From contig CM074515.1 of assembly GCA_037379345.1 (NCBI GenBank), positions 43,653,743-43,717,742 of the forward strand: a stretch of DNA of 64,000 nt, in the 5' to 3' direction. Under the pieces are notes generated by a model. It was not told where the DNA came from and searched no databases. It saw only the letters and a list, made by a program, of their open reading frames with translations. The stretch is from Perna viridis. Taxonomy: Eukaryota. Shown one piece after another: positions 1-11,600 of the stretch (its first letter is position 1; the number at the start of each line of letters is the position of its first letter). The translations under genes and the position numbers were made by a program.

Positions 1-878
1 TAATTAATTTGAACCGTACGCGTATAATAGGAGCTTTTCGTCAACAGTAACAGATAATTGTGTTAAAGGATCCAGCAAATCTCTTCGTTGATTTCTGTAT
101 AAGGGACAAGTTAGTAAGAAATGACTATTAGTTTCAAGCGAACCGCAACGACAGTTCCTTACAAATAAATGGGAATTTAGAGAACTTGAGTTCATGTGCA
201 TGCGTGCGTGTAACATTTGACCGAGACGACACCCGATGTAGAAATAGACTGGGACTTTGTTGTTGAGATCTTGAAGTTTCCTTTTAAAAAGCGAAATTGA
301 ATTACATGTCCTTATCTCAGGTTGAAGCGAATTCCAGAGTTTGATAGATGAAGGTAGGAAATAGCCCGCATAAAGACTGGTTCTAGTGTTTATATTTAAT
401 AAATTGTCCGTCTGTCGAGTATTATGCTCGTGTCTACTACCGGCACAGTTGGGCACTAAATTAACAAGATATTGTGGGCTGTATTGTTGACCATTTTATG
501 AAAATATTATAATTTGTGTCTCTTACGTCTGTCTGTCAGTTTTTCCCATTTAGTTTCGTCATAGAGTTTTAGAATGCTGGTTAATTTTGTTCCACCTGTT
601 ACGAGACGAGCAGCGTCTAATTGTACATTTTCTCAATAATAGTTTGGTTTTGATTGTCCCAGGTTACATCTGAATATTCCAAAATCGGACGTATAAAAGA
701 CAAGTATAATTTTTCAAGACTAAATCTATCTAGAACTGATTTTAATTTTCTGAGAATGTTGATTCTTTTGTACGATTTGTCATATAATTGCAATGGTCTA
801 TCCATATACCATCACTCGATAAATAAACACCTAGGTGCTAGTGATTTTCAACAGATGCAATTTCGTGACCGTTCATTT

Positions 879-1175
879 CTAGTTTAGTTTAAACATATTT
901 TATTTGCGTAATTATGCAAAAGGGATTAGACACAAGTTAGGCAAACTTATTAAGTCTTCTCCCATATACAGTGTGTAACAATACATACTGAAAGCATGCA
1001 AAAACAATACAATAAATAAACATAATATTGACACGATATAACTAGCAAATATTGTGATGATGTGATGATGTATGTGGTTATAAATATACTTACAGTATCA
1101 ATGATACTGATTATACAATAAGGAACCTCTTAGAACCTTTTATATAATTATATACATGTACATGACTAAAAATTA
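879..1175 (-). mobile_element. Nested 3'-UTR/tail fragment of a CR1-like LINE inside the RT domain
   Basis: Non-coding AT-rich block interrupting RT between IVDNPINT and MNGHEIASVENH*HLG. On the minus strand it ends GGAGAAGACTTAATAAGTTTGCCTAACTTGTGTCTAATCC...AATAAAATATGTTTAAACTAAACTA, a CR1-type terminal stem, AATAAA and short-repeat tail. Confidence 0.65.
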
Positions 1176-3261
1176 TTGTATTTATAGGATTATCAACAAT
1201 AACAGACTTGTGTCATCAGCAAATAGTTTGATTGTTGCTTGAATTTCGTCAACAATGTCGTTTATAAATATTAGGAACTTCAAGGGTCCAAGAATAGACC
1301 CTTGTGGTACTCCAGCATTTATAAACAACCAATCCGAATATGACCAATTTAAAACAACCCTTTGAGCCCTACCCGATAAATAGTTACGAAACCATTCTAA
1401 TAGACTACCCGATATCCCTGATTTTGTAAGCTTGAATTATAGACCCTTGTGCCAAACTCTATCGAAGGCTTTACTTATATCACAAATGACAACTCTTATT
1501 TCTTTCCCAGCGTCAAGAGCTTTTCCAAAGTCATTAGATATATTTATTAATTGGTTCACAGCAGAATCCCCTTTAGTAAATCCAGACTGATGTTCGCATA
1601 GGATTGGTTTTGTCTTAAATGATTATAAACGTGTTTGTATACACAGCGTTCCATACATTTCGACAAAATACACAAAAGGGAAATTGGTCTGTAGTTTTTT
1701 ACGTCATTGGGTTTACCAGTTTTAAAAACAGGAGTGACACGCGCTCTCTTCCACTGAGATGGAAAGATAGATTTTTGTAAAGATTTATTAAATAGTTTGC
1801 AGAGAGGTTTGCTAAGTATGTGTGAGGCTTCCTTCAATAATCTAGGATTAATTGAATCGGGACCAGAAGCTTTTGTACAGTTTAAAACACTTCTATTTCA
1901 GTTTCATTTAGAGATAGTTGTGAAAGTTTATCTTGTACATGAACCTGAGTATTGGGCAAATTCGCGTTGGTTTCATCTAAGTTAGACTGTGCTGAGAAAA
2001 ACAAATTGAATTTCTAGCCTTATCAGTGTCATTAAAAACAAGGTGATCTCCTTTTAACAAAGGAGGAATACTGTTATCTTGTTTTTTTCAAACCACTAAA
2101 ACTTTTAATAATTTTCCACCAGTTACTACTACACGAGTTACTGTTAGAAATTTTGTTAATAAGAGACTTTTTATATTTTTCTTTGGACGTTTTAACCAGT
2201 TGAGTAACTGTTTCTAATTTTCCTAATTTTTTCCCAATCTGAAGCATTATTATATTTTTTTGCATCTCTATGAATACGATTTTTTTCCTGACCGATCTCT
2301 TAATTTCATATGACAACCAGGGTGGTTGAAAATTACGTATTGTTACAACTTTATTGGGTATATTTTTATCTGCAGTAGTATAGCTGATGTAAGATTTTCA
2401 GTGATTTGATCGATATTTTCATTATTTGTAATCAAGTCCCAGTTGACATCCCGAAGATCATTTCTATAAGAATCACAATCTGCACGATCGTATAGCCATA
2501 TTTTACGTTTAAATGTTCAACAATTTTTTGGCAGATTTAGAAAGGCATAATAGGACAATGAAAACGAATTTGTTCCGTTAGAGAAGGACCGACTCCGCTA
2601 TACGCAATTGCGTTCGTGTTGTTTGTCATTATTAAGTCTAGAATAGAGGAAGAGTTTTCGGTAAAATGTGTTGGTTCATCAAATAGTCGATTTAAAGAGA
2701 ACTGAGTCAAAAGTTGCTTAATTTTTGAGTTATGATTACAGTTTAACTGGTTTTCATTGAAGTCACCAGTGATAACGATAAAATTATTATTCGTATTTAA
2801 GGCCGAATCTATGCTATGTTCGAGTTTTGACCAAGTCTTTTGTGAACCATTTGGGGGTATGTAAAATGTTCCAAATAGAATCTTTTTACCATTCAAATGA
2901 AGTTCAATCCATAATCCTTCTAATCCGGCAATTTCTAGATCACTTCTACGGCGCGCCTAAATATTATTTTTAACATATACAATAACACTTCCACCTGCCT
3001 TAGCAGGTCCTCGATCGAGCCGGAACGGGCTGTGATAATTATTAATTTTAACAGAATCATCTGATTGGTTACTATTTAACCAGGACTCATTGAACGCTAA
3101 AATATCGAAATCACTATATTCTGCCTCAATATAATATCAAGTTTTTGATAAATACTTTGCACGTTAAGATGTACGAACGAGAGAGATGATCGAAATAATT
3201 CGTTAAAACTAGAGATATCATCAGAATTTACCGAGCTTACACTGGATATGGCTTCATTTAA

Positions 3262-3285
3262 AGGTCCGGGGTTAGGTTCAATTCC
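3262..3285 (-). other. 2A-like (StopGo) peptide motif G-I-E-P-N-P-G-P in the ORF2 leader
   Basis: Translation ...LILLILSGIEPNPGP just upstream of the APE domain, the position where 2A-like peptides occur in APE-type retrotransposons. Confidence 0.75.
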
Positions 3286-4374
3286 AGACAATATAAGAAG
3301 AATGAGAACGACGATTAACATAAAAAATATGGATAATTTAGGCCTATCCTTACATGGGGACCTATTAGTAATAGGCACTGAAGATGGATTGAGAAATTCA
3401 GTGTTGTGTATGTTAGTTAACACGAAGTTGATCAAGACGCTAAAAGTAACGGCACGTTTTTTATCTTTAGAAAGGACTGTTAAGTTGATACAAAACACTT
3501 CAAAGAATGATAATCGTTTTTTCTTAGAAAACGTGACAATAAAACGACCCACTCTTATTCGGTATTGATCAATACCGATACCCATTCAATCTAAGTCACA
3601 CCGGGTGAGTAGAATGGAATGGAGTAAGAGCAGACCGAGCAACAACATGTGCATGTATAAGTGCATTTCATCTTGAGTAACATGTAAACAGAAAAACTGA
3701 AAATCAAATAAATGGTGAACAAGGCAAATGTAAACAATATATACATTTATAAAACAAAGATAATGTAAACAAAAATAAGGCAACAGGAGTTGACATGTGA
3801 TTGAATGTAAGAGGATTAATTTACATTCATAAGAAATTCTACAGGTGTGAAATAGCGTAATGAACAAATAGTCCAGATGGTTACGCATCAGTGATGAGAA
3901 TTACTATCAGAGCTTGGGTATAATAAACTTTGAATGAGATGAATAGACAAGAATGTACCTTCCATTTTCTATGCATCACCGTACCACGGGAGAAAATATT
4001 CATATATATGATTGTGTATATTTTCACACAGGCAAAATAGTTGTTGTTTTTAACATATATACACGTACTTAAAGTAAAATATGCACTTATTATTTAAGAA
4101 CCGTGTACAGTATGTATGTGAAAAAAGAAAAAAAAGGAATAAATGACTCAGGATGTCAAACTTATTTTAACAAAATACTGTGGCAAAAAAAATGAAACGA
4201 GTAAACATAAATAAGGCAATAGGGGTTAACATTGAAAGAAGAAACGTTTATCATAGCAGACAATATTACTTGATATTATGGCAACATATATATAAAAATA
4301 CATCAACACACTACAAATATTATGTTAGGCAAAGTTCAAAAGAAAACAATTATTGTTTATTGTTAATATAACAG

Positions 4375-5950
4375 TTAACCTCGGCCTGTAGAGTCTGCAG
4401 TTGGTGCCGTTGCTTCAGCATAAGTTTTAGGCCTACGATCGATGTCTGCTACTGGATTTCGTCTGTTACCCCTGCCGCGATCGATGCGAGCGATGAAGTC
4501 AGACGCTCCGGGTCTGCAGTAGGACGAAGTGACATAATGCAACGATGACGTAGTGTTTGTAACATGTATTTGGTCTTGAGTGTCTTTAACAAAAATCTTT
4601 CTGTCCACTGTCCATGTATCCTTTATGTATGTCTGACTTCTCAGCTGACGAGCCCTGCAGGCAATTGCATTTCTTGTTTTTGTGAGGTCTTCATTTATTC
4701 TAATGTACCTATATTCTGGTTTGTTATTCAGTTGTTTTTTACATTTAGGAATGCGTTTTTTTCACTACTGGGTCTTTGCGTCTCACGATTACCTGTCTCG
4801 TCTCGGTCTAGAAGTATTAGGATCGTCGGGAGCTGGGCCAATACGATGAGACCTAATGATATCATCGGCTTGCAGATCACCGTCTATAGACTGGATCAGT
4901 TCAGAAACTAGTGTCGTCTGTTCGGCAGTTTCCGTTCGTCCACCGTCCTGAATATCGTTTATACGCATTTTAAAATCTCTACGTCCGTATTGTTCCAAAA
5001 CATCGATATCGTCACGTAGTTTTTCGTTTTCTTTTGTTAGTTTAACGATTTCATCTTTGTACTGGTCAATTGTATCCTTTATTTTGTCCCCGTGCAGGTC
5101 CGGGTGTCAAAAGAATAGGCCTGCAGCAGCGTTAAGCTTGTCGTAAAAGGCGACTAAATAGTGCTCAGAACCGTAGCCGGGGGCTAGGGCGCTCTGCCTA
5201 CAGAGCAACTGGGATGTGTGCCCCAGGTGGTGGAATGGGGTACCCCTGGCGTGTTACATGCTGGGGTTGTCAGGCTATTATACTGAAAACCTGACCGCCA
5301 ACCATAGTGGTGCACCGTATTGGGAAAGATGCCACGTTCCTCGCACGTTAAAGAACTCTACTGTGGTATTCTCCCGGAGTAGGAACCATAGGGCTCCGCC
5401 ACAGGAGGCTAAATTGCCCGACCCTACCCACCTCTCCCTATTTCCAGTGGCAATCTAAATTTGTCGACCCCATTGTCCTTGTGTCCCATCCCTTTTTCAT
5501 CGTCATTTCATGTTCATTTAATCATCAATTTCATGTTCATCGTCTGAATATAGCTGAAATATTGCTGCTCGGACGTTAAACCCCAACAAACAAACAAACA
5601 AACCTTTATTTTGTAGTAAATTTCTTCATGTAAAATTCCTTAAGCTGAAGTGCAATTCTCACAACATCAGTTTGAGACAGCGTGCAGGAGATTGCTTGTA
5701 TAGGCATACTAGTGTCTTGTTCAGGTTGGTATTGTAAGGATGAGAGGCCAGCTGGTACTGGAGAGTGGCGTATAACAGTGGGATCAACAGCAATAGGCGA
5801 AGAACCGGTTTCAGTTAAGAGAAGATATTATATATATTTTTTACTAGATTCCTCCGGAACAGGTGGAGTTGGTTTGCTTTGTCTGCGATTTCGCTTATTA
5901 GTATCAGGGGTATCTAGTCCAACTGATTGAGTGTCATTGCTATAGCTCAT
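4375..5950 (-). pseudogene. LINE ORF1 (coiled coil plus L1-type RRM and C-terminal domain), frameshifted and interrupted by an insertion
   Basis: KLTKENEKLRDDIDVLEQYGRR...DIIRSHRIG and INEDLTKTR...IKDTWTVDRKIFVKD motifs. Removing 5088-5602 plus one TSD restores the frame (YYKIK-DTIDQ). Start codon uncertain. Confidence 0.8.
5088..5602 (+). mobile_element. 515-bp non-autonomous retroposon (SINE-like, no recognisable tRNA head) with (CAAA)n tail
   Basis: Perfect 12-bp TSD CCTTTATTTTGT at 5076-5087 and 5603-5614. The 3' end reads ATATAGCTGAAATATTGCTGCTCGGACGTTAAACCCCAA(CAAA)n, and identical tails occur at 28460 and 39445. Confidence 0.9.
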
Positions 5951-6449
5951 TATTATGGATTGTAAAGGGGTATGGAATGTTTACACTATTTGGATTTATG
6001 TTCACTGTTTATAGTTTACCTGACCGATGAATGACAATGACGAGTAGAGTTCACCATTAGTGATCCGGGCATCACTTGGTACAGGTATTACCGAATGCAA
6101 TTATTGGTCGAGCAGGTACTACCAATAGAAATGGTGAATTGAACCATGTTTTATTTGTATTCAACTTATAATTGCAATAGTACTGACTGTATACCACTGA
6201 AACTTCTCAGGTTTAACAGAATAAAGCATGTACCAGCATGAACAGTACATGAAACTTTTTTAATTCACTAAAGGCCTCATGTGAGGCATGCTTATAAACA
6301 TAAATATTGCCGGAACACACATACCTATAAAATAAATAGTGGTGAATGCAGACGTAAATTGAACATACCACAAAATTACAATTTTAGTAAAGAAGTGAAA
6401 ATTGAACATTCCGTATATCGATGAAAAATTAAATCAGTAAAATAAAGTT

Positions 6450-7005
6450 ACTTTCCTTTCATCTGAGGCAACATCCCTTCGGCACCTGCGTATGGAGTGT
6501 TCATATCACAACTCATACGTTATGCCAGAGCTTGCCGAAACTACGCAGACTTTTTATCGCGCTAGAACTCTAACAGATAGGCTTCTTGAACAGGGTTATG
6601 TTACTACAAGATTTAAGTCATCACTACAGAAGTTTTATGGTCGTCATCATGAATACGATGATCGTTATGGTGTTATCTATCTGCAGCATGAAAACTGATT
6701 TATTCAACGGGTCATGGTTTTTCTGTCCTCGTTTGTCTACCCCGGACTTGACTTTTTATGAGCAAATCGGCAGGTGTTTCTAGAAAAGCAGAGGACGCTT
6801 AACCTACAGGTGCACCTGGTCCATGCTTACAGTTTTTAGTGGAGTCCGAGTTGCTCGTTTGCTTTTGTTATTTTGTATGTATGATTTTAGTTACTTTATG
6901 TTCTTTGTTGTGTTGTGTATGTCTGTTTTCCATGTCTGGTATTTGTCCCTGGATTACATTCTTTTGATAACTGCTATAACATTGGTTCCCTTGATTGTTC
7001 TTCAT
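6450..7005 (+). mobile_element. 5'-truncated Penelope-like element (probably Naiad-type): RT C-terminus plus 3' terminal region
   Basis: Translates FPFI*GNIPSAPAYGVFISQLIRYARACRNYADF..ARTLTDRLLEQGY..RFKSSLQKFYGRHHE, a PLE RT thumb. The ORF ends with no C-terminal GIY-YIG. The 3' region is repeated seven more times in the window. Confidence 0.82.
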
Positions 7006-7349
7006 TACAGCTGATAGACTAACAATTCTTCCATTTACCATTGAATTCTTTGTAGACTTTGAAGACTTTTATTTTCACTTAAAGCGTTTCATGAGGCATG
7101 ATAGTACAAATAATTATAACAGAGTTCAATGAGATTTGAAAACAGGAATACAATGTATGAACAAGGATATTCTATAGTATAGTAAACAAATTAGAGTTAT
7201 TCCCCTTTTACCAAATAAAAAACAAATACTAATAGATATTATATTGCGACCTTTCTGCGTGGTATGCATGGTTTAAAGAAGAAAATATTTTTTTAAGTGA
7301 AAGCATGGAGACCATATATATAGCACGAAAAACATGTCTAAATATTCAT

Positions 7350-7615
7350 AATACGTAGATATAGACCAATAAAACTAACAATACACCACAATAAACACGT
7401 ACAACAAAATGAATGCACAAAGAAAATAAAGAAAAATTAAACAACCCGGACTCCACCAACCATGTAGAGGCAAGCTGTTTTTTTTTTCTAGAAACACCCG
7501 CTGACTTGCTTTATATTGTCAAATCTAGTAAAACGAAACTATAAGGGAAACCATATTGTCATAACAAATCTCATTCCATGAACGAAGTAGTCACCCTAAC
7601 TACCAACGAGTTCAT
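7350..7615 (-). mobile_element. Older degenerate copy of the same Penelope-like 3' region, inverted
   Basis: CAACCCGGACTCCAC, TTTCTAGAAACACCCGCTGACTTGCT and GTCAAATC match the reverse complement of the family consensus, in order. Confidence 0.6.
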
Positions 7616-8245
7616 CTAAAGGCTATAGAACATTTGATTATTATAAATAAATTTCGAAGCAAGATAATTAAACTAAACCAAGGATTTATACATATTTAAC
7701 GTCTTTACTAAACACACACAAAAGTTTAAAAAAATTTCATTCGACATTTCAGTTTCATCGTGCTAATTGTGGTAATATTGTTGTTCGTAAGTTTGGAATT
7801 TTCAATGAAGACGTGGCTTAACAATTTCAAATACACAGATGTTCGTGTAACTGCATCATCGCTCTCGCAGCTCTCTTACATATATACATGTATGATGAAA
7901 AGATCGGGCTCATTCAGCAAGTAATCCAAGTGTTTCAAGACATAGCTTTTCGACCGAATTTACATTACGGAAAATGTCAATGATAGTGATTCTTCCGTAT
8001 AAAATCAAAATTATTAAGCAAAAGTTTTTCTTCCACAAACAATTCTAGATACAACTTTGAACAAATAGTATTTCGGATCTGTCTAGAAATATTTCCTTTC
8101 CAACATGAAATACGAATTAATCATGAAACTGTACACCTCAAAATTCTGGTACCATAATTCATAACACATATACCCTAGCTGCTAATATAAAATATATTTT
8201 GCAATTGAATGAAACAAAATTTTCACTAATCAAGGGGCATCCAGA

Positions 8246-8310
8246 CCCCCCCCCCCCCCACACACACACACACACAGCTCCCCCCCCCCCCCCACCACCA
8301 CAAACACACA
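8246..8310. repeat. poly-C / (CA)n compound microsatellite
   Basis: Two C-runs with (CA)n tracts. Confidence 0.9.
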
Positions 8311-8439
8311 TCGTCCGTATAGTATAGTAACATGCATTTGTAAATCAAAATAGTGCAATTAAAGAGACTTCCATTAATCATTCGTTCAATCAATTAATCA
8401 GACAGACAATTCAAAGCAATCAATCCATCACACCCACTC

Positions 8440-8540
8440 CTTCAGAGCCTTCCCGGACAATCGCACCTGTTGCATGTCCATTGTTTACAGATGGCGCTTT
8501 TCGTCCGGAAGTGGCTTGTTTCAGTAGTAACTCAACATGG
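8440..8540 (+). promoter_or_regulatory. Probable CpG-rich TATA-less promoter/5' UTR of the CUB gene
   Basis: ETS site CCGGAAGTG at 8505-8513, YY1-like AGATGGCG at 8489-8496 and AACATGGCG over the start codon, forkhead TGTTTAC at 8482-8488. CpG is retained here and lost downstream. Confidence 0.55.
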
Positions 8541-8633
8541 CGTTAGGGCCAGACTGGATGAATCAGTCGTGGTTTTTAGTTTGGATTTTTACTCTACTTT
8601 TAAGTGAATCTCAGACGAAAAAAACTCAAGTTT
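8537..8633 (+). CDS. CUB-domain protein, coding exon 1 (signal peptide)
   Basis: CAACATGGCG start context. Encodes MALGPDWMNQSWFLVWIFTLLLSESQTKKTQV plus 1 nt. GTAAGT donor at 8634, and phase 1 fits exon 2. Confidence 0.8.
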
Positions 8634-11600
8634 GTAAGTAATGAATTTAAAAAGCATGACCAGTTAGTTATTGTAAATAATTATGATTAGGGAGCGATAA
8701 AAAATTAAATTTAAATCAACCCTATATTCGCGGTTAGTTCTGACAATGGGAAATAATACATGATATTGATTGCGCTGCGATAACAATGCACTGACAGTGT
8801 CACATTGTTAGATTGCGTGTATAAGGAAGTTCTTAATCTAAAATATCGTCTTGGTAGCTCAAAACATGCACATCATTATGTTTTCTAAAAAAAATATGGA
8901 TTGAAAAAAAAATTTGTTATGGTTATGATAGTGCATTTTTTTTTTCATATCAACTCACTGTTCAAATTATTATTGTTCAAAATTCGCATTTTTTGTTTGT
9001 TGTTTATTAATATTTTGTTCTTGTCATTTTTGCAACCAATCAAAAATTGTAATGCATTTTGATAGTATTTTACTTCTAATCAACATTTTTAAAAGTACAA
9101 GTACTGAATAAAAAAAGATTTACCATTTTAAGGAAAACAAAAGGTTTATGTACATTTTTGTTCATGTACCAAGTTGCATTTTGTAAATACACATTACTTT
9201 TATGATATAAAAAATAATTTACATTATACACATTCATTTAATAATTAATATTCTTTAAATAACATATATAATTCTAAGTAATTTACATAATACATTTTTT
9301 GTATATGGACAATTACATGTATTAAATTTTAATGATTTTTAATCAAGGTCATTGTACATGTACATTGCATGTTTACATTTAAATGTACAATTTGAATTAA
9401 AAAAAAAAACATGCATGAGTCTGCATTGTACAAGAACAAATCTGCACATTAGTATTTACATGTACATTTTCAGTGTACCGTAACAATATCTAAAATGTGT
9501 ACTGATAATAAACTGATAAGGAGGGTGCTACTGTAAATGCCAGTTGAAGATTACTATAAACATGTAAAGAGTAATACCAATGTACATGTAAGTTGTGCTA
9601 GAATTGTAATGTGCTACAGGCAGAGGCAGAATTTTTTTCAGCACAGTAGGGTATGTTTGACCAGACCTGATTTGAAGCAGGTCTGATTGTGTGCTGTAAG
9701 AAATAAAACTCTATGCATAGGAACATGTTGCATGCTGTCTTGTGCAGCCATAGGCCTTGTGTTTGATTGAATTAAAGCATTTGAATTGGTAAATCATTCT
9801 TTTTCCATTTGCAAACGGCTATAAAGACCTCATCTTTTGGTAAAAAACTCATTGATGGATACCATTATTTTTCACACTTTTTATGGTTTGTGATTAAAAT
9901 GCATATCAAGTCCACCATGTTCATTGTGCATTGCAAATGTAAATGTACATTACTGTGCAAATGTAAATTTTGTTTGTGCAATACATGTAGATACATCTGC
10001 ACATGCACACTTTCAAAATCAAATCATTTTAATATTAGCAGGAACATATACATGTGCATGTTTACATTTAAATGTAAATAATAAATTCATGTATGGGGCT
10101 ATATTGTACAAAATGTAAATCAAATCTGCACCTTGAGCACTTTCATATGTACATGCTAAAGTAAACATACATTATTTTGTACACCCAGTAACATGGGTAT
10201 ATACATTTACACTGTAATGTAAAATTGTGTTTACTGTAAAAGAAACCTAGCTGTATTATCATAAATAGCTGCAAATATATCTTACCATTAACAACAATAA
10301 TAAAATGCCTGAATGATTTCATAGATACAAGGTCATGGCTTTCTGAATTTATTATTGAATAAAATAATGCAATTCATTGTTGTACTTTTGTACTGAATTA
10401 AAAGGCAATAAAATATAATTTAATGCATGCAGAACCTAATAAAGGATAATACAAACAAATATATATGTTACAGTGCAAACACATTTGTATGTGCATTTAT
10501 ACACATACTTTTTGTACATTCACAACATTGTGATCTGAAATACACTTTCAAGAAAAAAATTTCAATTTTGATAAGGTCTTTAATAAAAACGTGTATTTTG
10601 GCCTCATTGTACATTTATTTCTCAACATTTCATGAATGATTAGTCATGAAATGTGAAACATTTGTATGTACATGTATGCTATTGCAAAATCTATCAAAGA
10701 ATTACATATTATTCAGGTAATGCTCTATACTGTTCTGATACCATCAGCTTAGACAAGCCCTTTAATTGTTGTGCAGTAATAATCTCAGTCAGTAGTTTAT
10801 TGCCTCACATTCTGACATGAGATAGAAAGTCTATTGATCATTAATGTGTTATTTATGTGGCCTACCCTCTTTGTGAAGTTGTATAAAACACATTGTTACA
10901 TTGGGATGTTTGTTGGTGTTCACTGGAGCAAAGAGATTTGGCCAATTAAACTTGTAAAACCTTAGGAAATCTGAGAAATTTAGGCTCCATCCTTTATTGT
11001 TAAATATTCTATTTAGGGTTAGATTAGGATGAAAAGAGAACAAATTATCACTTTAAGCATAAAGTTTTGTATAGGTAGGTGGGAGGAGAAGCATTTATAA
11101 TAGGTGATTTTGACAAGAAAAAAACCCAAGTGTCAACATTTAAATGCTGAAAATTTGTGTAGAAGTTTTATTTTCTATGTTAAGTCTATTGATTTGATAA
11201 ATAACAAGATTTTTCAGTATGAATAAAACATTTGTGTATATTACATTGCACATTATTGTGTACCGATTGTAAACTTGCTTTCTGCAAAAAAAATTTAAGT
11301 CATTAAGTTCTTCTGAGTACATGTACAGTACTTGCAACTACTAAGGAATGTACACAGGGTAGCAGAAAACATATATATATATATTATTTTTTTTTGGGTG
11401 GGGGGGGGGGGTGGGCATAAGTTTGTTTAGTTAGTGCACGTTATTATTAATTTTTTTTAGATCAGAAGTTTTGTTGCTTTGACTTAGTCACTTGAAGTTA
11501 AAGAGCTTAAAATCTATATCAAGCTGATTTTAAAGCGAAGCAATAACTCACAATTAATGTTCAGATGTATGAATCAAAATCATTTTTAAAATTTTTTGGT

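Larger units (their letters stand above)
4..3585 (-). pseudogene. LINE ORF2 (N-terminal leader with 2A-like peptide, APE endonuclease, reverse transcriptase, CCHC knuckle), frameshifted
   Basis: ORF-track pieces 3097-3585, 2537-2896, 2074-2316, 1556-1837, 617-805 and 4-456 fall in the expected domain order. RT core motifs read at ~1205-1480 on the minus strand. Confidence 0.92.
1..6075 (-). mobile_element. Decayed non-LTR retrotransposon, CR1 group (CR1/L2/Crack-like); 3' end runs off the left edge, 5' boundary approximate
   Basis: Collinear minus-strand fragments: ORF1, APE endonuclease (GTFYIPP, ITGDFN, PTHFTENSSSILDLIMT), RT (WKRARVTPVFK, NYRPISLL, KAFDRVWH, GVPQGSILGP, LFADDT) and C-terminal CRCGSLETNSHFLLTCPLY. 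Many frameshifts and stops. Confidence 0.93.

Noticed and set aside
3248-4911. Plus-strand ORFs 3248-3568 and 4564-4911
   Set aside because: They are antisense shadows of LINE ORF2 and ORF1.
6688-6725. SECIS candidate ATGAAAACTG...AA...GTTTT
   Set aside because: It lies in the last codons of the ORF and lacks the 3' GA needed for the kink-turn quartet.
9809-10118. Cys-rich ORF (CKCKCTLLCKCKFCLC) as a metallothionein-like gene
   Set aside because: It arises from TGTAAA/TGCA/TACATG low-complexity intronic sequence, starts at a non-ATG codon and has no splice support.
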